Shown piece after piece: positions 40,602 to 49,656 of a DNA stretch of 64,000 nucleotides (the first letter of the stretch is position 1; each line of letters begins with the position of its first letter). The translations under genes and the position numbers were made by a program. This DNA comes from Candidatus Obscuribacterales bacterium (GTDB lineage: Bacteria; Cyanobacteriota; Vampirovibrionia; Obscuribacterales; Obscuribacteraceae), in NCBI GenBank assembly GCA_965228855.1, contig CBDDIJ010000003.1:2752001-2816000 (forward strand), read 5' to 3'. Under the pieces are notes generated by a model. The model worked only from the letters and a program-made list of their open reading frames with translations. It was not told where the DNA came from and ran no database searches.

Positions 40602-41954
40602 ATGGGCGAATGCGCCGCGCTAGCTGAAATCGGGAACTTGGCAAATACAATCGGCACGACCGTTTTCGACGGCGGGCGCGTGCAATGCAATGAACTCGAA
40701 ATAGAAGATTCGAAGCAGCTCTGCAATGTACTCCGGCACGCCAACAATGAAAGAGTTTTTGTCTTTCGAGGTACGGTTGACGAGCATCCTGCCAAGCTCG
40801 CGAAACTGTTCCCTGCTTCTGAGAAGCATGTGCAAGCGGTGTTTCTAAACCTGAGCAAGATGAATAGAATCATCGAACACGTCAAGGGCGATCAGGTTGT
40901 CTCGGTTGAAACAGGTATCCAAATTAGTGAGTTAAACGAATATCTGAGTAAACATGGGCAATGGCTGCCGGTTGAGTATAGCTCCGCCGCCGTCTCATTG
41001 GCAGATATGTTAGATACCGCCGATGGTGGGTATCTCGAACCATTCAGCGGAGGAGTAAAACATCTTGTCCTCGGCATGGAGCTCGGGATCGCGCATGGCG
41101 AGTTGATTAAGACCGGTGGCAAGATCGTCAAAAATGTCACAGGCTACGATTTAAGCAAGGTTTTTACGGGCAGCCGCTCCTGGCTAGCAGTACCACATAT
41201 GGTGCATCTCAGATTGCATTCAAAACCGGAAACAGAGGTTGCATTCGTGGTCTCAAGCGAAAAACCACACGAGCTGGTAGGTCTGGCAAACCGACTGCAG
41301 GCAACCGGTCTACCCGCCTTCTCGCTGGAATTAATTGATATACGATTGCTGCAACGAATCGCAAACCTTGCAGACGGCTCGGCGTCAGCTAAAGAGGATA
41401 TCGCAGCTTTCTGTTCAACCACAGGCGCTCTAGAAGGTAAATTGATCGTGAGCACCCGCGGGCATCACGATGTCTGCAGAGAGGTAGCTAGAGCCCTGCA
41501 GGAAGCCGTTTTACAAAGCAACCTGGAGTTGGAAGCCGTCGAGGCCGAATCTGCATTGCTCAATCGAATTCAAAGAATCTGCTCCGACGTCTTCAAAGAT
41601 CATGACGATTATGTCGAGTTATCGATGCCGGCGTCAACAATGTCTTACTACCTCGAAACGCAGTGGCGAGGCAGCAAACGGTTGTGGTCTGCTAGACCTT
41701 CGAGTGGTAGACTTCGGTTAGCGGTTGATGATGCGGAATCATTTATCAGCGATTTATCCAATTTTGCGAATTTGATTAATAGGGATGATGCGCAACCGCT
41801 GACGGTGGCATACTCTAATAACCAGCAAGACTTCGTCACTCGACGAATTCCAGCTGACCATGAGAGTGACAGCGGTCTGCGCAACGTCATTGACAGACTG
41901 AAATCCAAGTACGATCCAAATGGCATCCTCAATCCGCTCGTGAGTTTTTGCTAG
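40602..41954 (+). CDS. glcE: FAD-binding oxidoreductase, GlcE-like
   Basis: GGKIVKNVTGYDLSKVFTGS and C-terminal LKSKYDPNGILNP; directly upstream of glcF. Confidence 0.75.
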   Translation: MGECAALAEIGNLANTIGTTVFDGGRVQCNELEIEDSKQLCNVLRHANNERVFVFRGTVDEHPAKLAKLFPASEKHVQAVFLNLSKMNRIIEHVKGDQVVSVETGIQISELNEYLSKHGQWLPVEYSSAAVSLADMLDTADGGYLEPFSGGVKHLVLGMELGIAHGELIKTGGKIVKNVTGYDLSKVFTGSRSWLAVPHMVHLRLHSKPETEVAFVVSSEKPHELVGLANRLQATGLPAFSLELIDIRLLQRIANLADGSASAKEDIAAFCSTTGALEGKLIVSTRGHHDVCREVARALQEAVLQSNLELEAVEAESALLNRIQRICSDVFKDHDDYVELSMPASTMSYYLETQWRGSKRLWSARPSSGRLRLAVDDAESFISDLSNFANLINRDDAQPLTVAYSNNQQDFVTRRIPADHESDSGLRNVIDRLKSKYDPNGILNPLVSFC

Positions 41955-41956
41955 GG

Positions 41957-43300
41957 ATGGAAACGAAATCACACGAGGGAAAATTGATTTCAACCTCGGG
42001 CACTCCCGCGGTGAATCCCGCTCTGCTGGCCAGCTGCATCCACTGCGGTCTGTGCCTGCCGGCCTGTCCGACCTACCTGGCCACTGGAAGGGAGATGGAA
42101 TCGCCCCGCGGACGCATCCACCTCATTAATCAGTGGTCGTCCGGACATGCAGAAATGACGGACCGCATGACCGGACATCTCGAGTCCTGCCTTGGCTGCC
42201 TCGGATGCCAGACGGCATGCCCGTCGGGTGTTCAGTACGAGGAAATTTTAAACCAGACGCGCCCGCACCTGGCGGTCAGGCGCAGCAGTTTTGCAAGAAC
42301 AGTGATGCGATTTGCATTTCAGCAAATTTTGCCAAGGTATAAACTGCTGCGTTTGCTTGGAAATTTGTTACGAGCCTGGCAGCTCATGTTTGGAACAGCC
42401 GTACTTGAAACCCTGTTCGGGAAGGAACGATTGCAATCAGATTCAGCGGTTGGCAAGGCTTTAAACAGATTGATCGACTGGGAAGCGTTTACTCCCATTG
42501 TTCCGCCACAAGTCAGCCTGCCACCAAGTCTGGTACCGAAGGGCAATAACGAAAAAGGGACTCACACGCAACTCTTCGCAGGTTGCGTCATGGACGTTTT
42601 CTACAATCACGTCAATCACGCGTCCATCCGCTTAATGCTGAAACAAGGACACAGTGTCGATGTACCGAAGCAGACTTGCTGCGGCGCACTGGCGTACCAT
42701 GCAGGAGAAGAAGATATTGCCATAGCCCTCGCCAAGAAAAATATCGACGATTTCGGTCACAGCAGCACACCGATAGTGGTGACATCGGCCGGTTGTGGAG
42801 CCATGCTCAAACACTACGGTCATCTATTGGAGGGCGATCGTGAGTACGCGCACAAGGCGGAGCTGTTCTCAAAGCGAGTCGAGGACATAACCCAATTTCT
42901 CGCTCACCATCAATTTCCGGATAAGCCGGAACCCTTGCCGAACAAAACGACCTACCATGCGGCTTGCCACCTTGCCCATGCCCAGAGTGTCAGAAAGGAA
43001 CCGGCGGATTTACTTAACGAGTTAAACTGCGACAGTGAGAATAAGCTCGTTCCTCTGGTTGAGTCAGAGCACTGTTGTGGCAGCGCCGGTATATACAACT
43101 TGCTGAATACGAGGCTGAGCCTAAAGGTTCTGGACCGCAAACTGGACTATATAGAAGACACAGGTGCGAAAACCGTTGTAACAACGAATCCCGGCTGCAT
43201 GATTCAACTTCAAGCGGGAATCCGCGAAAGAAAACTACCTGTCGAGGTCAAGCATCTTATTGAAGTGCTTGACGAGTCATACTTCTCAGAGCCGAAATAA
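41957..43300 (+). CDS. glcF: Glycolate oxidase Fe-S subunit GlcF-like
   Basis: CIHCGLCLPACPTY, SPRGRI, CLGCLGCQTACPSGV and two CCG domains. Confidence 0.88.
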   Translation: METKSHEGKLISTSGTPAVNPALLASCIHCGLCLPACPTYLATGREMESPRGRIHLINQWSSGHAEMTDRMTGHLESCLGCLGCQTACPSGVQYEEILNQTRPHLAVRRSSFARTVMRFAFQQILPRYKLLRLLGNLLRAWQLMFGTAVLETLFGKERLQSDSAVGKALNRLIDWEAFTPIVPPQVSLPPSLVPKGNNEKGTHTQLFAGCVMDVFYNHVNHASIRLMLKQGHSVDVPKQTCCGALAYHAGEEDIAIALAKKNIDDFGHSSTPIVVTSAGCGAMLKHYGHLLEGDREYAHKAELFSKRVEDITQFLAHHQFPDKPEPLPNKTTYHAACHLAHAQSVRKEPADLLNELNCDSENKLVPLVESEHCCGSAGIYNLLNTRLSLKVLDRKLDYIEDTGAKTVVTTNPGCMIQLQAGIRERKLPVEVKHLIEVLDESYFSEPK

Positions 43301-43604
43301 GGTTCCAGGATTCACTCGCGAAGCAAAACGGCATCCGACTGAACCGCTCAACAAATCCACGGCAAATGGCATCGGACGGCACTGCTCCACGAAACCAGTT
43401 TGCATTAGATCCGGATTCACCGTTAGCCATAACAGACTGGCTCATTACATTTTTGTTAGCAGTCTAAATTGCGCCACTCGGTGAAGATCCGCTTCATATC
43501 ACTAATCTGGAAGATTTGGTCTTTCTGGAACGATCTATAATTGTGCTTCGCCGGGTCAGGTCACCCGACGTTATCAAGACTTTCGCCAGAAAGAGGGTTC
43601 GACA

Positions 43605-44258
43605 TTGTCTACCGTGTTAGTGAAACAGCAGAAGCCCGATGTGTTCGATTTCGATTTACCGGAGGAACGGCTGAATCACTACCTCAAGAAGTCGGTCATC
43701 GCCGTAGACACCGAGACACGCGGGTTGAACCTGCGACGTGATCGCCTCTGTCTGGTGCAAATATGCGACGACGAAGGCGTTGTGAGCTTTGTTCGTTTCC
43801 GTGATCGCACTCAGCTGCCCTTCTCCGGCAACACGAATTTGAAGAAACTATTCGAAGCACAGCAAGTGATGAAGCTTTTCCATTACGCCCGCTTTGACGT
43901 CGGCGTGATGAAGTACTACCTTGATATCGACATCAACCCAATCTGGTGCACAAAGATCGCGTCGAAATTAGTCCGCACCTATACCGACAAGCACAGCCTG
44001 AAGTATCTGGTCGCGGAACTTCTCGAGATCGAGCTCGACAAGAGCGACCAGATGAGCGATTGGGCGAAGGACGATCTGACAGATTCGCAGCTTGAGTACG
44101 CCGCGAACGACGTCCGCGTGCTCATACCAATTCAGAAGAAGCTGGAAATAATTTTGGAACGAGAAGGTCGCCTGGACCTGGCAAAACGTTTGTTCGCCAC
44201 GCTGCCTCTGGTTTGCGAGATGGACAGACTCGGTTTCCAAAACATCTTCGAGCACTAA
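43605..44258 (+). CDS. Short ribonuclease D-like DEDD 3'-5' exonuclease
   Basis: AVDTETRGL..RDRLCLVQ, FHYARFD, CTKIASKL.RTYTDKH, SDW, YAANDV. TTG start. Confidence 0.88.
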   Translation: MSTVLVKQQKPDVFDFDLPEERLNHYLKKSVIAVDTETRGLNLRRDRLCLVQICDDEGVVSFVRFRDRTQLPFSGNTNLKKLFEAQQVMKLFHYARFDVGVMKYYLDIDINPIWCTKIASKLVRTYTDKHSLKYLVAELLEIELDKSDQMSDWAKDDLTDSQLEYAANDVRVLIPIQKKLEIILEREGRLDLAKRLFATLPLVCEMDRLGFQNIFEH

Positions 44259-44324
44259 ATTTTTTCGCATCACGAAAACAGTTTCCACCTAAACATTCGA
44301 ACCGGACCGGAGGACACAATAAAA

Positions 44325-45776
44325 ATGGAAAAGCTGATCTACGAGAAATCCAGCCCTGGACGCCGTGGAGTGAAGGTTCCAACATCCAATGTTCCGGAGA
44401 AAAAACTCTCGGACATGATTCCGAGTCAGTACGTGCGTAAAGAAGCGGCAGCGTTGCCGGAAGTCACAGAGCTGGACACCATGCGCCACTTCGTGAGACT
44501 GTCACATTTGAACCATTCAATCGATACAGGGTTCTATCCGCTCGGTTCTTGCACGATGAAATACAACCCCAAAGTCAATGACGCGATGGCGGCACTTGAG
44601 GGATTTAGAGAACTCCATCCGCACCAACCGGTCGATCAAATTCAAGGTGCCCTGGAACTGCTGTATAACCTGGAACAGATGATCGCGGAGATTGTCGGTT
44701 TGCCACACGTCACCTTCCAGCCAGCCGCTGGGGCTCACGGTGAGCTTACCGGTTTGTTGTTGATCCGCGCTTACTTCGAAGCAAAAGGTCAAACGAATAG
44801 AAACATCGTCATCGTGCCCGACACCGCCCACGGTACCAACCCTGCGACCGCAGCGCTCGCCGGCTTCGAAGTTGTCGAGATCGGATCGAACGAAAAAGGT
44901 TTGGTCGACATTGAAGCTCTGAAAGGCGCTTTGAACGAAAACGTAGCGGCCATCATGTTGACGAACCCGAACACCCTCGGTTTGTTCGAAGAAGAAATCA
45001 TGACGGTTCAAAAGCTCATGCACGAAGCCGGCGGTATGTTGTACTACGACGGCGCGAACTTGAACGCGATCATGGGTCTGGTCAGACCGGGCGACATGGG
45101 CTTCGACGTCTGCCACCTCAATCTGCACAAGTCGTTCTCCACTCCTCACGGTGGTGGCGGTCCTGGTGGTTGCGCCGTCGCTGCCCGCAAAGAACTTCTG
45201 CCATTCTTCCCGAAACCGGTTGTTGTCAAAACTAATGACGGGTATGAATTTGATTGGAATCGCGAGCAATCAATCGGAAAAATCAAAGGGTTCTTCGGCA
45301 ACTTCGGAATTCTGGTCAGAGCCTATACCTATATTCTTGCAAACGGAAGAGAAGGTTTAGAGCAGATATCACGAGATGCGATTCTCAACGCCAACTACCT
45401 GAAAGAACAGCTCAAGCACATCTACGATTTACCGCACACGCAATCGTGCATGCACGAGTTCGTCATATCCGGTTCGAGACAAAAGGCTCGTGGAGTTTCA
45501 ACTTCGCACATCGCCAAACGCCTTCTGGATTACGGTGTTCACGCTCCGACAGTTTACTTCCCGCTGGTAGTGCCGGAAGCAATGATGATTGAGCCGACAG
45601 AAACAGAATCGAAGGACACCCTCGACTCGTTCGTCGAAATAATGACGAGCATCGACAAAGAAACCATAGAGACACCGGATGTGGTGCTTAATGCGCCGCA
45701 CACGACGCCGGTGGCGAAATTGGACGAAGCACTTGCTGCTCGCAAACCCAATCTAAGATGGACGCCGGGCACTTAA
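44325..45776 (+). CDS. gcvPB: Glycine dehydrogenase (decarboxylating) subunit 2
   Basis: [47 protein letters not shown]. Confidence 0.96.
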   Translation: MEKLIYEKSSPGRRGVKVPTSNVPEKKLSDMIPSQYVRKEAAALPEVTELDTMRHFVRLSHLNHSIDTGFYPLGSCTMKYNPKVNDAMAALEGFRELHPHQPVDQIQGALELLYNLEQMIAEIVGLPHVTFQPAAGAHGELTGLLLIRAYFEAKGQTNRNIVIVPDTAHGTNPATAALAGFEVVEIGSNEKGLVDIEALKGALNENVAAIMLTNPNTLGLFEEEIMTVQKLMHEAGGMLYYDGANLNAIMGLVRPGDMGFDVCHLNLHKSFSTPHGGGGPGGCAVAARKELLPFFPKPVVVKTNDGYEFDWNREQSIGKIKGFFGNFGILVRAYTYILANGREGLEQISRDAILNANYLKEQLKHIYDLPHTQSCMHEFVISGSRQKARGVSTSHIAKRLLDYGVHAPTVYFPLVVPEAMMIEPTETESKDTLDSFVEIMTSIDKETIETPDVVLNAPHTTPVAKLDEALAARKPNLRWTPGT

Positions 45777-45785
45777 GTGCACTTA

Positions 45786-45864
45786 GGAACCACATTTCGA
45801 AGCAGCATTCGATAACCGCAAGATTCCGAAGAGCATTGGAAACCACATTCCGAAGCACCATTCG
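45786..45864. repeat. Degenerate ~26-bp direct repeats (about 3 units)
   Basis: ggaaccacatttcgaagcagcattcg, gcaagattccgaagagcatt and ggaaaccacattccgaagcaccattcg. Confidence 0.7.
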
Positions 45865-45980
45865 GGAGTGCTCATTGCCATAGAATCCTCACCGCCGATA
45901 CATAAAATCGGCTGCCATGAGCTGGCTGGCGAACCCAATAGCGCTGCAAACAGCGTAAAATAGATTAATTACCCGGGACG

Positions 45981-48086
45981 TTGATCGCAGGCCCGTCGAT
46001 GTCGTTTCTCTTAGGCTTCCAGAATAAATCCGCTGATGCGGAGCCATACTCCCTCACCGCAGATGCCCTGCGGCAACATTTGCTCATCACCGGCGGACCA
46101 AGCACCGGTAAAACAAACACATGCTGGCAACTTCTCACGGAGCTGAGCAAAGAGCAAGTTCCTTTTCTCATGCTGGAAACGTCCGGCAAAAACTATCGGA
46201 AACTGACGACCGAGCAGGCTTCAATTCGCACGTTTTCGATATGCGACGACGCGAAAGACTCGCTCCGCTTCAATCCGCTGCGATGCGAATCGCATGTGCG
46301 CATTCTCAATCATATACAAACCATTGTGTCCCTCACGACAGCATCTTTCAATCTTTCGATAACGTCCTCAAAGGTGCTTGAGAAGGCGCTATATGCCGTC
46401 TACAACAATCATGGCTGGAATCTGTTCAGAAACAGAAACAACCGCGTCAAACCGAACGAGAGCGGTGAATCCAGCGGCTATCCGCCGGAAGCCTATCCCA
46501 CCCTTCTGGAACTCCTGGAGTTTATTGAAAGCGTTCCGTTCGCGAATGTGTTGGCAAGCAACCCGCCCCAGGAATTAGTGCGCGCGATTGATTCACTCGT
46601 ATCGGCCAGTAGTGGTGCCGTATTCAATACCAAGTTAGGACTGCCTCACGATTTCTACGAACACAGTCAGCTGCTGGTCGAGTGTGATGGTATCTCGGAT
46701 ATTCGCAACAAGTGTTTCCTCGTCGGCATGCTGTTGTTGCAAGTCAACGAACATTATATGAAACAAGTCGATGATCGAGAAAAGCGTTGCATCGTGATCG
46801 ACGATGCGATTCAACTGACCTATTTGATGGGTCTGCCCGGTCGACGCGTCGGCGACGATCAGAAGGAGGACAGCTGGATTCCACTGTCGACTCTTTTGGG
46901 AAATCTGCGCCGTCTTTCCGTGCCACTTATTCTTTCAATGCAGGCATCAAGCAAGCTCAGTCAAGATTTGATCGCACTGTTCGGTACAAAGATTTTTCAT
47001 CGGATCGACGTTCAGCAAGCCAAACAAATTTCAAACGGTTTACCAGAAGACCTTGATGAAAAGGAGCTCTACAAGTGTCCTGTCGGTGCCGCCTGGGTCG
47101 TAGGACAAGATCAACCTGCAAGTGTTTTTTTGAAAGTTCCAAAACATGACATTCCCGAGCGAGATACTTCGGTCGCGAACATCGGTTCGATGAAAAACAC
47201 TTTGAACTGCCGATACGCAGGCTGCTCCTCATTTCCCGGTGCCTGCGAGGATGACACCTTCGTCAAAGCGCGCGAGATTGCAGATAGTCAGGCGTTTCGC
47301 ACTATATATGTAAACTACTTCCTGAGCTGCCAGAAAGATCTCACTCAGCTGGTTCATTTCCGCGGAAGGCTGGTTGGCGAGTTGCAATCGCAGATAGGCA
47401 AAAAATTTCCCGACATCGTCGAGTTGAGCTGGTGCACAATTTGTCAGGCGACCGAATGGTATTTCGATAAGCTCGCTCGCGAACATGGTTGGTCCTATGC
47501 GGATTTGCATGAACAGAAGGAACGTTGGTTCAGTATGTTGCGCCCGGCGTTTCTACCGGATTGGCCGACGAGACGAATTAACATCGACGATCTTCGCCAG
47601 TGGCGTGATGAGTTTTGGAAATTGAAAGAACGCGACCAGGGTCCGCTTCCGCTCTGCGGAGAGTGTGACGCGAAGTGCAGATATGGATCGGATGTCGAAC
47701 ACATACTTCTAGATTCTCGCAACGAAAACGATTTTTTCAAAGCATTGTCCGGAGAGACGGAACCGCTCTCTAAGGCAGCTGCGTGGTTCTGCTGGCTGTT
47801 TTCCGAACGAGTGATGGGTGAACCTGACTTCGACCTCGCTTATTGCTTTGCAGCGCACTTCCTGGGGCGCGCGAACCTGAGTGTCGATGCGCAACTCGTA
47901 TTCGCGCACAAGACACGTCAGCAACTCGAAGATGCTAAACAAAAGTTCGAAGCCGGCGAACCAATTTTCCCGACGCCTGAAACCAAAACAGAAGAAACTG
48001 AAAAAGAAGCGAGAAGACGTCGCGCCAGAGAAAGAAGAAAAAATCGTCAGGATGGTGACGAGCCTCCTCTCAAGCCAGTTCCCTGA
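45981..48086 (+). CDS. HerA/FtsK-like (DUF87) P-loop ATPase with Cys-rich C-terminal domain
   Basis: HLLITGGPSTGKT Walker A, LRFNPL, Walker-B-like IVIDDAIQL, Q.SSKL....TKIFHRI. Start 45981 TTG or 45999 ATG. Confidence 0.8.
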   Translation: MIAGPSMSFLLGFQNKSADAEPYSLTADALRQHLLITGGPSTGKTNTCWQLLTELSKEQVPFLMLETSGKNYRKLTTEQASIRTFSICDDAKDSLRFNPLRCESHVRILNHIQTIVSLTTASFNLSITSSKVLEKALYAVYNNHGWNLFRNRNNRVKPNESGESSGYPPEAYPTLLELLEFIESVPFANVLASNPPQELVRAIDSLVSASSGAVFNTKLGLPHDFYEHSQLLVECDGISDIRNKCFLVGMLLLQVNEHYMKQVDDREKRCIVIDDAIQLTYLMGLPGRRVGDDQKEDSWIPLSTLLGNLRRLSVPLILSMQASSKLSQDLIALFGTKIFHRIDVQQAKQISNGLPEDLDEKELYKCPVGAAWVVGQDQPASVFLKVPKHDIPERDTSVANIGSMKNTLNCRYAGCSSFPGACEDDTFVKAREIADSQAFRTIYVNYFLSCQKDLTQLVHFRGRLVGELQSQIGKKFPDIVELSWCTICQATEWYFDKLAREHGWSYADLHEQKERWFSMLRPAFLPDWPTRRINIDDLRQWRDEFWKLKERDQGPLPLCGECDAKCRYGSDVEHILLDSRNENDFFKALSGETEPLSKAAAWFCWLFSERVMGEPDFDLAYCFAAHFLGRANLSVDAQLVFAHKTRQQLEDAKQKFEAGEPIFPTPETKTEETEKEARRRRARERRKNRQDGDEPPLKPVP

Positions 48087-48253
48087 TTCTTATCTTTTCC
48101 CGATACGATACATATCTCGATCGAGAGCACCACATATATCGCTTGTGTGAATGCGTTTAAGTTCACTCTCGTTTATTGACTTTCGTAACGAACTGGAGTT
48201 AGATCTGTCGTGTGAGGAATGCGCGAACTGGGGTAGTGCAGAAGTCACAAGTT

Positions 48254-48463
48254 TTGAAGGAACGGGGAGAACCCATCTGCTCTGGACCGCTTACGCGGTG
48301 TAGGTTGATGTTTCGTCAACCAGTTTGGTGTGGTGTCATTTCCAGCGACAAAAATTGCTGCTGGGGTTCTGAAAGAAATTCTCGAAGAACCGTTATTAAG
48401 GGACTGAGCGTTAATCCGGCGCATTGATTCCTAGCGGGGCATGGGTCTCCTCCGTTTCTTCAA
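48254..48463 (+). ncRNA. Putative retron msr-msd non-coding RNA
   Basis: Terminal inverted repeat 48254-48276 (ttgaaggaacggggagaacccat) pairs with 48441-48463 (atgggtctcctccgtttcttcaa), enclosing four short hairpins. It ends 44 nt before a retron-type RT. Confidence 0.75.
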
Positions 48464-48507
48464 TTACTGACTGAACAGTTTTCGCAGAAAACAAAGAGTT
48501 TGGTGGC

Positions 48508-49395
48508 ATGTACGATATCAATACCCTCGATCAACTCGCCGGCGAATTAGCCGTGTCCGAATTCGAGCTATTGCGGTTCGTATATCGCAGCGGTGAATTT
48601 TACAGAAGATTCAAACGCAGAAAGAGCAACGGTGACACCCGCGTCATCCACGCTCCCGATGAGCCTTTGAAGAGTCTTCACCGGGCAATTATCAAACGCT
48701 TTCTCGCTCCAATTCCATTGCCTGATGCCTGCACAGGTTTTCGTCCAGGCAAGTCGATACTAAACAACACGATTCCACATTGTGGAAGACGTTTTGTCTT
48801 CAATGTCGACATAGAAGATTTCTTTGCATCGATATCTTCTGAACGAGTTCTGGGCTTGTATCTCAGGCTTGGGTTCGCTTTTCCGGTCGCCTGCGTGTTG
48901 ACGGAACTAACTACTTTTATGGGCTCGCTGCCACAAGGCGCGCCATCCTCTCCTTATCTCGCCAATCTGATTGCGCACAGTCTCGACATGGAGATGACCG
49001 AGTACTGCAAAAACAGAGGCTGGACGTACACTCGTTATTGCGATGATATCACCATATCTGGTGACACCACTTTCACGCTCGGCGATATGAAAATGGTTAC
49101 CGAGATTCTGGACTCGGAAGGCTTCCAGTTGAACATGAAGAAAACCCGCTTCCTGCGCCGAAACTCAGCGCAAATGGTATCAGGTCTGGTAGTGAATAAA
49201 CGACCGAACTTGCCTCGCGAAAAGCGACGCAATATTCGTGCGATGTTTCACCAAGCCAGCATAAGTCCGGAGAAATACAAAGAGCGCACGCAAGAGCTGG
49301 AAAACCACCTTTCGATGCTTTCAATGTTGAATCCACAAGATGCCGAGGTTATCAAATATCGCGCGATTTTAAACAAAGTCTGCGCCCAAGCATAA
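48508..49395 (+). CDS. Retron-type reverse transcriptase
   Basis: KSNG..R.IHAP...LK, GFRPGKSI.NNTIPH (region X NAxxH-like), DIEDFFASI, LPQGAPSSPYLAN, YTRYCDDITISG, KKTR, QMVSGLVVN (region Y VTG-like). 295 aa with no fused domain. Confidence 0.93.
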   Translation: MYDINTLDQLAGELAVSEFELLRFVYRSGEFYRRFKRRKSNGDTRVIHAPDEPLKSLHRAIIKRFLAPIPLPDACTGFRPGKSILNNTIPHCGRRFVFNVDIEDFFASISSERVLGLYLRLGFAFPVACVLTELTTFMGSLPQGAPSSPYLANLIAHSLDMEMTEYCKNRGWTYTRYCDDITISGDTTFTLGDMKMVTEILDSEGFQLNMKKTRFLRRNSAQMVSGLVVNKRPNLPREKRRNIRAMFHQASISPEKYKERTQELENHLSMLSMLNPQDAEVIKYRAILNKVCAQA

Positions 49396-49441
49396 AGTTT
49401 AGCGACCGTCTGAGCCTAACTCAGCGAACCGAACACAACCG

Positions 49442-49486
49442 CAGAGAGCCGCGTGATTTCGTCGATCACGCGGCTCTCTGTTTCTT
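49442..49486 (+). terminator. Strong intrinsic terminator after the RT
   Basis: Perfect 16-bp stem cagagagccgcgtgat / atcacgcggctctctg followed by tttctt. Confidence 0.88.
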
Positions 49487-49508
49487 GGCAAACCAGATAG
49501 ACGAAGTG

Positions 49509-49655
49509 CTCAAGCGAAGCCAAGCGACTGAAGCCAAGCCATTAGCTCGAGCGAAGTGAGCAATCATCTCAAGCGAAACCAAGCGAGCGAAGCCAAGCCA
49601 TCAGCTTGATCTACCCCGAACCAGATCTACCTAGAACCAGATCTACGCAGAACCA
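49509..49655. repeat. Intergenic direct repeats: 42 bp x2 and 16 bp x3
   Basis: 49509-49550 and 49568-49609 match at 37/42. gatctacNNNgaacca occurs at 49608, 49624 and 49640. Confidence 0.85.
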
Positions 49656-49656
49656 C

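Noticed and set aside
43301..43604. Glycine or c-di-GMP riboswitch, or a small ORF, upstream of the RNase D-gcvPB genes
   Set aside because: No recognisable aptamer consensus, and the short ORFs lack an SD or motifs.
48212..48427. 71-aa ORF upstream of the RT as a small effector
   Set aside because: It overlaps the structured inverted-repeat element, has no recognisable motif or TM segment and no clear SD. The region is better explained as ncRNA, though translation is not excluded.
48254..48463. 6S RNA or another housekeeping RNA
   Set aside because: The size and closing stem are similar, but the interior forms several short hairpins rather than a rod with a central bubble, and it abuts a retron-type RT. 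An Rfam search would settle it.
48508..49395. DGR, group II intron or CRISPR-associated RT
   Set aside because: It has QGAPSSP rather than the DGR-type GN..SQ, no maturase or endonuclease domain, and no TR/VR pair or cas1 nearby. Retron region X and Y motifs are present.
49509..49655. CRISPR array
   Set aside because: Only 2-3 degenerate copies, no unique spacers of regular length, and no cas genes.
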